Sequence record: MW349129.1
DNA: 64,000 nt
Reading direction: 5' to 3' (one strand)
Shown: piece by piece, positions 56,296 to 64,000 of the stretch
Layout of the letters: the number at the start of each line of letters is the position of its first letter
Numbering within the stretch: the first letter of the stretch is position 1
Notes under the pieces: model-generated
Told to the model about the DNA's origin: nothing
Database searches by the model: none
Seen by the model: only the letters and a program-made list of their open reading frames with translations
Made by a program: the position numbers and the translations under genes

Positions 56296-59200
56296 ATGAT
56301 TACTAAACCAAAGTTAAAGAAAAAAGTGTATTACGATTATAAAACTAATAATATTAGTTTTTTAAGAGTAGCTAGAGACCTTAAAAAGAACAACGTTAGA
56401 AATTATGGGATTCCATTAACTCTATACGATAAAAATCTTATAGGTGTGGATCCTTGGGATCCTGAAATTTCTGATGAAATGAAAACTCGTGTATTAAGAG
56501 AAGCTAAAATTAATATATGGTTTTATCTAAGGGAAGTTATAAGAGTTCCAGTTCCTGGTGGTAAAGTTATGTATGAACTTCATAGAGGTAATATGGCTAT
56601 GACGTTTTGTATGTTACACAATTTAGATACAGCGATAATGCTTCCACGTCAGCACTATAAAACATATTCAGCTGTATGTTATTATTCATGGATAATGTTA
56701 TTAGTAGGTAGTAACTATACAATGTTATTTACTCATAAATCTTATTCAGATACAACAGAAAACTTAAAACGTCTTAAAAACTTATTTAAAGAGAAATGTT
56801 TACCTGAATATGTATTAGCTAATTTTGGAGATAAAAATGATAGAGATAAGATTAATGAATTTCAATTAGCTAGTAATAACAATACTATTAAAACAGTTTC
56901 ACCTCCGACTAACAGTGAGAGTGCGAACAAAGCCGGTAATAAAATAAAAATTCGCAAATAACTGTTTCTAACATTTATTTATAAATACTGAAATGGATGT
57001 GGAGAAATGGCTGATAACAGTTTTGCGACATTAGAAAATAGAAAAAATATATTCCTGAAGAAATTAGAAGAAATAAATGGAGAAGTATTTGAAATGGTTG
57101 GAGAATTTAAAAATACAAATGAAGAAACACTTTTTAAATGTAAGAAATGTGATAATTTGTTTCTCTCTAGCCCGTATAATATAGTAAGAAGAAAAAGAAA
57201 TGGTTGTAATATTTGTTTAAAAAAGAAAAAGAAATCTAAAACAAAACCTGAGCTAACTATTAAAAATATTAAACTAAGAAAAGAAAAATTTATTGAAAAA
57301 CTAAATGCAAAGTATAAAAATAAAGAGTTTGAATATTTAAGTGGATTTATTGATTTAAAGACACAATGTAAATTCAAATGTAATAATTGTGGTAATTCAA
57401 ATTATTGGATAACTCCTGATTATATAATTAAAAAAAGTAATATAAATTGTAATAAGTGTTCTTCACCTCATAACAAACAAGACTTAAATAGTTATATTGA
57501 GGATATTAAATCTAAATATGGTGAAAGATTTAATATTGAAATAGATAAGAATAAAAACTTTGAAAACTCTAAATCTAAAGTCCACATAAATTGTAATAAT
57601 TGTGATCATGATTTTAAAGCAACTGCAGATAGATTTAAATTAGGTGGAATTTGTCCTTATTGTAATATGACTACTTTGGAAAAAGAAGCTTATGAAATTT
57701 TATTAAAATACTTTAGCAAAGAAGAAATAGAGATTCAAAAAGGGTTTGACAATTTAGTTTTCAAAAATGCTCAAAAGTTTGATTTTTATATTGAAAAGGA
57801 AAATTTATTAATAGAAGTTGATGGTAAACAGCATATTAATGATAAATCTTTCGGTGATGAAAAAGAATCTGAAATTTCCTTTCTTAGAGATCAAAATAAA
57901 AATAAATTTGTTTTAGACAATAATTTAAAATTAATAAGAATATTATACAACCAAGGAATAGAAACTGTCTTAATGTGCTATTTTGATCACGGAATTTTGA
58001 CAAGAAATATTTTTTCTATAAATATATAAAATGCCTTTGCCGGCTATAAAATTTATTTAATTGCTGGAAATACTTTATCAAGTTAATCAGCATCACTAAT
58101 TATAGTGTTCAACGACTAAATAATAAATAGTATTATAAAATACTAAGATATAGTCTCATCTTTATAATTTTTATAAAGTTAAGATAATTGAGAGGTAGTA
58201 CTGTAAATAGTTGCAGTAGTAAAAGAATATTAATTGCTGGAAAAGATTATTATCTCAATCAGCATCAACTTAATACAAGTTGTTCAACGACTAAATATAT
58301 TCGCTTATTTATATGAGTATGATATAGTCTGATCTATATTTAATAAATATAGTTAACTTAATGACCTATGGTTTGGTTAGATGAGTGGGCTTTCATTCCA
58401 CATAATCAAACAATGTTTGAAGCAATGAGACCAGCAGTCTCTACAGCATCTGCAATAGCTAAAAAGAATGGTACACCTTACGGACTTCTAATTACAACAA
58501 CACCGAGTACCTTAGATGTTCCTCAAGGACAATACTTCTTTGAACAAATGAACGATGCAGCTCAATGGACAGAAAAAATATATGATTATTATATTAATTC
58601 TGAAGAAGAAGGTAATGAAAAATTAGAAGAATATATGGAAAGTAATTCAGGTAATTCATTCATCTATATAGAATATTCATATAAAGAATTAGGTAAAGAT
58701 GACACTTGGTTAGAAAAGCAAAAACGTCAAATTGGTTCTTTAGAAGCAGTTAAACGTGAAATTCTTCTTGAATGGGCATTTAGTAATGATGATTCATTAT
58801 TTGATGAAGAACAAATGACGGAGTTATCATTATATGCAAATAAAGAGATATATAATACTATTGATTTTAAAATAAACAACAAAACGTATTACGTGCATAT
58901 GGTTAAAAAGATGGATAATATGCATGAAAAAAATTGGTTAGTTGGTATTGATATATCTGGTGGTCTTGGTCGAGATAATACTGCATTTACTGTAGTTGAT
59001 CCGGGTACATTAGAACCAGTAATGGTTTTCCAAAATAATATAATTAACGGACCTACTTTTAGAAAATTAATTAAAGAGCTTATTACACTTTATATACCTA
59101 ACGCAGTATTAATACCTGAACGTAACTATGCTGGTACAGTGATGATAGAAGATATGATTCAAACTGATGGTATTGGAGATAATATTTTTTATTCATTAAA

Positions 59201-59741
59201 GAATAGAACAGCAGAAAAACAAGTTGAAGTGAATAAGCAAGTATTTAATGAAATTCCTAGACATAGTACTAATAAAGTTACTAAACAAGTAAGAAGATAT
59301 GGCATTGATACAACTAAAAAATCTCGTGATCTAATGCTTAATGAAATTTTATCAATGATCGTTGAAGAAAAGCCTTATCTAGTTAATAATAAACTATTAT
59401 TCCAACAAATAAAATCTCTTCAAATGAAAAAAGGTAGAATTGATCACCCTGATGGAGGACATGATGACTTACTCATGAGTTATTTATTCTGTTTATATGC
59501 ATACTATTACGAAAAAGATATTAAAAAATTTGTTAAAGTTAAATACGGTTCAATGGTATCTCCAACTGGAGAAAATGCGGAAGAAATTGAAAAAGAAAGA
59601 CAAGCTAGAAGTAAAGATATTGCATCTATAAAACGTATTGGAGGAATTATTGATGGTAATTCACCTACCAATCCTCTGTTACAGAATAATAATTCATCCC
59701 CAGATCAAAAATCAAAAAGAATAATGAACTTATTAGATTGA
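56296..59741 (+). CDS. terL: Terminase large subunit, three exons: 56296-56937, 58191-58204, 58364-59741; spliced 677 aa
   Basis: Walker A-like LPRQHYKT; splicing gives NKAG-RGSTV-PMVWLDE (Walker B); nuclease GIDISGGLGRD and HDDLLMS. Exon sum is 2034 nt, in frame. Confidence 0.92.
56970..56981 (+). promoter_or_regulatory. Late-type promoter inside the intron, driving the endonuclease
   Basis: AACATTTATTTA, 26 nt upstream of the ATG, with a GGAG RBS. Confidence 0.5.
57007..58029 (+). CDS. Intron-encoded homing endonuclease: repeated CxxC zinc ribbons plus a PD-(D/E)XK/Vsr-like nuclease domain
   Basis: Six CxxC pairs in three repeats; FDFYI...LIEVDGKQH. Confidence 0.8.
   Translation: MADNSFATLENRKNIFLKKLEEINGEVFEMVGEFKNTNEETLFKCKKCDNLFLSSPYNIVRRKRNGCNICLKKKKKSKTKPELTIKNIKLRKEKFIEKLNAKYKNKEFEYLSGFIDLKTQCKFKCNNCGNSNYWITPDYIIKKSNINCNKCSSPHNKQDLNSYIEDIKSKYGERFNIEIDKNKNFENSKSKVHINCNNCDHDFKATADRFKLGGICPYCNMTTLEKEAYEILLKYFSKEEIEIQKGFDNLVFKNAQKFDFYIEKENLLIEVDGKQHINDKSFGDEKESEISFLRDQNKNKFVLDNNLKLIRILYNQGIETVLMCYFDHGILTRNIFSINI
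58191..58204 (+). other. 14-nt micro-exon of terminase (AGAGGTAGTACTGT)
   Basis: Bounded by a terminal G and by a P1 U-G pair (UACUGU|AA with UUGCAGUA); restores the frame. Confidence 0.85.
58205..58363 (+). mobile_element. ORF-less group I intron, 159 nt
   Basis: P AAUUGCUGGAAA; Q AAUCAGCA; R GUUCAACGACUA; S UGAUAUAGUC; P3 GAAUAU/AUAUUC; terminal G at 58363. Confidence 0.9.
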
Positions 59742-59748
59742 TTGTACT

Positions 59749-59782
59749 AAAGGTAATGACATAATAATTTGTCATTACCTTT
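59749..59782 (+). terminator. Terminator after terminase
   Basis: AAAGGTAATGACA / TGTCATTACCTTT followed by TT. Confidence 0.8.
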
Positions 59783-59919
59783 TTATTATCACAAATTTTT
59801 ATTATTCCATCTTAACTAATTTGTATAATAGAATTTCAATAATAATTTTAAATTAGAATTTTTTCTAAATTTAATAGAATAATATAATATATAATAATAA
59901 AACGGATGGTGAAAATAAA

Positions 59920-60711
59920 TTGGCAAAAACATATTTAATTGACGATAAAGATGATTTAGAAATGGTAAAAGAAGAATATGATGAAGTAATTATGAATATA
60001 TCTGAAGATATTATGATTGATAATATTAAAGAACAAATTGAAGAATCAAATAGCAGACAGTTTTATATTAATCAATATCATAAAGATTTCTTTGAATATT
60101 TTGAAATTAGATTTAAATTTATTTTAGAAAGATATAAAGAAGATAATGATATTTTAATTAAAACTAAACAAGTTTATCACGATATTCTTAATGAAATTCA
60201 AGAATCTATTGAAACTACGTATCAGTTTTCTTTAGAATTCCCAGAAGATATTTTAATTGAAGATAAAGCTCAATACATTAAATCTTTGTATAATTTCTTC
60301 GTATTAAATAAAAAAGAAACTTTAAATAATTTATTTATTAACTATATTGAAAAGAATATAATGCAGTTAGCTAAAACTTATAAAGATAGTATGGATGATG
60401 ATGTTATTAATTCTCTTTCATATAATAACTTAAAGAAAACTATTGATAACGATTATACACCTTTAGTGTATTCTATTCCTGAAATTATTGATAGTATTCA
60501 TATTTCTGATAATGAAGATGTGATAGAGACTATTATTTATGATGAAGAATCTGAATTAAATAACTATCAAATTGATAAAATGTTAGTAGAGCAATCTATA
60601 ACGGATGTTAGATTTGATAATCATTTAATTAATGTATTTAGAGATTCTTTTGTAGAAAATAATGTACTACACCGAGAAGTTCAATACTATTTTATAGATA
60701 AGTATAAATAA
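59920..60711 (+). CDS. Hypothetical protein
   Basis: 263 aa ORF. Confidence 0.65.
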   Translation: MAKTYLIDDKDDLEMVKEEYDEVIMNISEDIMIDNIKEQIEESNSRQFYINQYHKDFFEYFEIRFKFILERYKEDNDILIKTKQVYHDILNEIQESIETTYQFSLEFPEDILIEDKAQYIKSLYNFFVLNKKETLNNLFINYIEKNIMQLAKTYKDSMDDDVINSLSYNNLKKTIDNDYTPLVYSIPEIIDSIHISDNEDVIETIIYDEESELNNYQIDKMLVEQSITDVRFDNHLINVFRDSFVENNVLHREVQYYFIDKYK

Positions 60712-60735
60712 TAACATATAAGGAGAAAAGCTAAA

Positions 60736-61482
60736 ATGACTGAAGATAAGAGCAAAGAATTAGATTTAGAAAAATTAGAACAAGATATAGAACAAGCTAA
60801 TGATGAATTCAAAAAAGAAAATGAAAAGATCGAGAAAGAATTAGAAGAAACTAGAGAAGGAATTAATAAAGAAATAGCTTCTTATTACGGTAAAGATAGT
60901 ATTAATCTTAATAACACTATTTCAGTGGATGCTAAGGTCGATAGATATCAAGAAAAATTAGACTTTATTAATGGAGATTTAAGTTTTGATAATGAAGATG
61001 ATATTCCTGAGAGACTTAGACCTCTTAAAAATATGGAAATAAAAGATACTAAACAGATCGAAAATATTATTCAACAAATTAAAGACAGTAAAGAAGCTAA
61101 ACATCTTGTAGAAAATATTACTATTAGTAAATTACCTGTTAATGAAAATAAACTTAAAAAAGTAAATGAAAAATTAAATATGAAAATTTATAGATACAAT
61201 AAATTACGTGGTAATGAAAATAATGAATATAACTACATTGATCTAGAGGAAATTTATTATAATTTAAAAAATGCATTAGATAACGATAGTTTTAAAGAAT
61301 CAAATATATTATACAAATTTATGTGTTCATTAGGTTCATACATGTCGCAAAATTATGAAAAATATCCTTACTATATAAAATCTCTTTCTGAAAATGTTGA
61401 CTACATTGGAAAATTCGGTAATAAACTAGATCAGAACGAAGACTTTATCAAAGTAATAAATAGTATTCTTAAGAAATACTAA
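60736..61482 (+). CDS. Hypothetical protein with an N-terminal coiled coil
   Basis: 248 aa; AAGGAG RBS. Confidence 0.65.
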   Translation: MTEDKSKELDLEKLEQDIEQANDEFKKENEKIEKELEETREGINKEIASYYGKDSINLNNTISVDAKVDRYQEKLDFINGDLSFDNEDDIPERLRPLKNMEIKDTKQIENIIQQIKDSKEAKHLVENITISKLPVNENKLKKVNEKLNMKIYRYNKLRGNENNEYNYIDLEEIYYNLKNALDNDSFKESNILYKFMCSLGSYMSQNYEKYPYYIKSLSENVDYIGKFGNKLDQNEDFIKVINSILKKY

Positions 61483-61523
61483 AATATATTATTAAAAATT
61501 ATAAGAAAGAGGTTTGATTAAAG

Positions 61524-61763
61524 ATGGAACAAATTAAATTTTATACTAAGAATAACTGTGCTAAATGTGGTTTCAGTAAAATGTTTTTAAATAATAAAGG
61601 TGTTGCTTACACTGAAATTAATATTGATGAAGATGAAAGTGCTAAAGAAGAACTTTTATCTAAAGGATACCAATCATTACCTGTAATTGATTTTGGAACA
61701 GATGTAATTGTTGGTAATGATCCTGCTAAATTAACTCAAATTTTATCTACAGTTACTGCTTAA
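61524..61763 (+). CDS. nrdH: NrdH-like glutaredoxin
   Basis: CAKC redox motif and YQSLPVI; next to nrdI/nrdE. Confidence 0.9.
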   Translation: MEQIKFYTKNNCAKCGFSKMFLNNKGVAYTEINIDEDESAKEELLSKGYQSLPVIDFGTDVIVGNDPAKLTQILSTVTA

Positions 61764-61788
61764 TTAAATAATAAAGGAGATTATAATT

Positions 61789-61989
61789 ATGCAAACTATT
61801 TTTAATAGTCCTGAAGAAGTAGATTTTAAAAAATTAGCTGAGATGGCTAGAAACAATGATAATGTATTAAATACAAAAGCTGTTCATGAAGGAGAATACA
61901 ATTACAATTTCAGTATTGAAGGTTGGAATTACTCATTCAGTTCAGATGGAACTTATTGGAAATGGAATTATCAACAAGTTAATCAATAA
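61789..61989 (+). CDS. Hypothetical protein
   Basis: 66 aa; AAGGAG RBS. Confidence 0.6.
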   Translation: MQTIFNSPEEVDFKKLAEMARNNDNVLNTKAVHEGEYNYNFSIEGWNYSFSSDGTYWKWNYQQVNQ

Positions 61990-62076
61990 TAATGATTAAT
62001 AAAAAACGATCTATCACAGAGATAATCTGTGATGGATCTATTTTTAACGAAAAATTTTATATTTGGAGAGATTTAA

Positions 62077-62481
62077 ATGAAATTACTTTATTTCTCATTA
62101 ACAGGAAATAGTAAAAAATTTGCTGAGAAATTAGATAGCTCTATAGTAGGAGAACCTATTGAACTTAATAGAGATAATTGCGATGATATTAAAATGAATG
62201 AAGAGTATGTATTAGTATGTGGTTCTTACAATACTCCTCACGCTATTTACAATCATGTAGAAAAATTTTTTAATAATGGTAATAATTTAGAATTATGTAA
62301 AGGTATAATTGGCTCAGGAAATAGAAACCTAAATTATCAATTCTTAACTACACCTAAAAGATTATGTAGTGATTTTAATTTAGAATTGATTGCAGGAGTA
62401 GAGTTGTTTGGAATTAAAGATGAACATTTAGAAGTGAATAAAAAATTAAAAGAGTTATCTAACTCTAGTATTATAAATTAA
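62077..62481 (+). CDS. nrdI: NrdI flavodoxin
   Basis: YFSLTGNSKKFA and GIIGSGNRN motifs. Confidence 0.92.
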   Translation: MKLLYFSLTGNSKKFAEKLDSSIVGEPIELNRDNCDDIKMNEEYVLVCGSYNTPHAIYNHVEKFFNNGNNLELCKGIIGSGNRNLNYQFLTTPKRLCSDFNLELIAGVELFGIKDEHLEVNKKLKELSNSSIIN

Positions 62482-62507
62482 TATATCATAAGGAGACTTT
62501 TAATAAA

Positions 62508-64000
62508 ATGCCAAAAGAAATAGACTTAAATTCAGAAAAATTTAAAGATTATTCATATAATGAATTAAACTCAAGAGGTTCACAATTAAAAGATGGTAAT
62601 TTAGATTTAGAATTTGAATTAGCTTCAACTAACAAATACTTTTTAGATAAGGTAAACAAAAATGTAAGATACTTCAAAACATATAAAGAAAAAATTAATT
62701 ATTTAGTTGATAATGATTATATTGATGGAGATATGATCAATAATTATGATTTTGAATTTATTAAAGGATTAATGAAAGAATTGATGGCTTATAAACATAG
62801 ATTTACTCGTTTATTAGGAGCTAAAAAATTCTATGAACAGTATGCAATGAAAGACGATGCAGGAGAAATCTTATTAGAACTATATGAAGATAGAATTTTA
62901 TTTGTAGCTTTATATTTAGCCGATGGTGATGAAGAATTAGCTAGAAATATTGCTAATGAAATTATTACAGGTACTTTCCAACCTGCTACACCAACATTCC
63001 TTAATGCAGGTAGAGTACGTTCTGGAGAATTAGTAAGTTGTTTCTTATTAACTATGGAAGATTCTTTATCATCTATTTATAGAAATATTTCTAATGTAGC
63101 TCAATTGAGTAAACGTGGTGGAGGAATTGGAGTATCTTTAAGTAATTTACGTGCTGATAATGATCCAATTAAAGGTGTTGAAGGTGCAGCTTCAGGAGTA
63201 GTTCCAGTTATGAAAGTATTTGAAGACACTTTATCATATGTAAATCAATTGGGTCAACGTAATGGTGCAGGTGCACTTTACTTAAACATCTTCCATAAAG
63301 ATGTAGTGAAATTCTTAGATACTAAGAAAGAAAATGCTGATGAAAAAGTAAGATTAAAAACTATTTCATTAGGTTTAACAGTTCCAGATAAATATTATCA
63401 ATTAGTTAAAGAAAATAAATCATTATATACATTTAGTCCATATGATATTAAAAAATATTATGATTTAGATTTCGATAGTATTGACTTTAATACTTACTAT
63501 GATATCTTTGTAGATGATAAACGTATTGGTAAAGAAAAAATGTATGCTCGTGATTTAGAAACTACTATTAGTAAATTACAACAAGAATCTGGTTATCCTT
63601 ATATCATTAATATTGATACTGCTAATAGAGCTAATCCAATTAGTCACGGTAAGATTAAAATGAGTAACTTATGTTCAGAAATTTTACAAGTACAATATCC
63701 TTCATTAGTTGACGATAATCAACAATATGTTAAAACAGGAACAGATGTTTCATGTAACTTAGCTTCAACTATCGTACCTGGTTTAATGAAATCAGAAGAC
63801 TTTGGTAAATCAGTTGGAACTATGTTAAGAAGTTTAAATTCAGTAGCAGAAAAATCTAATATTGAAGCTGTACCTACAGTTAAGAAAGCTAATGATCTAT
63901 TCCATACAGTTGGATTAGGTGCAATGGGATTACACACTTTCTTAGCTGAAAATCATATTCAATATGGATCAGAAGAATCTAAAGATTTCACTAATATTTA
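62508..64000 (+). CDS. nrdE: Class Ib ribonucleotide reductase alpha subunit (runs off the window end)
   Basis: Hand-translated and uninterrupted: QPATPTFLNAGR, VSCFLL, KRGGGIG, NQLGQRNGAG, SNLCSEI, SCNLAS. Confidence 0.95.
   Translation, partial: MPKEIDLNSEKFKDYSYNELNSRGSQLKDGNLDLEFELASTNKYFLDKVNKNVRYFKTYKEKINYLVDNDYIDGDMINNYDFEFIKGLMKELMAYKHRFTRLLGAKKFYEQYAMKDDAGEILLELYEDRILFVALYLADGDEELARNIANEIITGTFQPATPTFLNAGRVRSGELVSCFLLTMEDSLSSIYRNISNVAQLSKRGGGIGVSLSNLRADNDPIKGVEGAASGVVPVMKVFEDTLSYVNQLGQRNGAGALYLNIFHKDVVKFLDTKKENADEKVRLKTISLGLTVPDKYYQLVKENKSLYTFSPYDIKKYYDLDFDSIDFNTYYDIFVDDKRIGKEKMYARDLETTISKLQQESGYPYIINIDTANRANPISHGKIKMSNLCSEILQVQYPSLVDDNQQYVKTGTDVSCNLASTIVPGLMKSEDFGKSVGTMLRSLNSVAEKSNIEAVPTVKKANDLFHTVGLGAMGLHTFLAENHIQYGSEESKDFTNI

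Larger units (their letters stand above)
56938..58190 (+). mobile_element. Group I intron (1253 nt) with a homing endonuclease ORF in the P1 loop
   Basis: Exon AGCCGGU|AA pairs with UUGCCGGCU (58037-58045); P10 GCCUUU pairs with AGAGGU; core P, Q, R, S at 58059-58156; terminal G at 58190. Confidence 0.9.

Noticed and set aside
50272-59741. Stop-codon recoding, frameshifting or sequencing error as the explanation for the fragmented protease and terminase
   Set aside because: Each gap contains a full group I core with a P1 U-G pair and terminal G, removal restores frame exactly, and other genes read normally in the standard code.
1-64000. tRNA or rRNA genes
   Set aside because: No cloverleaf or GTTCRA-type signature noticed by eye; a tRNAscan run would confirm.

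Overview
This window is a very AT-rich segment of a jumbo myovirus genome of the AR9/PBS1/phiKZ-related type. The host is a Firmicute, most likely Staphylococcus (inferred from gene content). Left to right it contains: two split multisubunit RNA polymerase subunits and a primase; a ~17 kb early accessory region rich in duplications; a minus-strand tail-fibre/holin/RusA block with siphovirus-like character; an AT-rich non-coding switch region; baseplate and neck genes; the prohead protease, core proteins and major capsid protein; terminase large subunit; and a class Ib ribonucleotide reductase operon (nrdH, nrdI, nrdE, cut by the window end). The main finding is four related group I introns. 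Three have no ORF and are only 155, 159 and 184 nt long. They split the prohead protease into three exons (spliced 280 aa) and the terminase into three exons (spliced 677 aa, with a 14-nt middle exon). Splice junctions were derived by hand from P1 U-G pairs and terminal G residues, and they restore the reading frames and catalytic motifs. Other notable signals: a repeated covarying pseudoknot element upstream of early genes; a monocistronic acidic early protein resembling uracil-DNA glycosylase inhibitors; seven divergent early proteins sharing a C-terminal tag; distinct early and late promoter motifs; and two candidate small RNAs. All protein assignments come from motif recognition and recall, with no database search.
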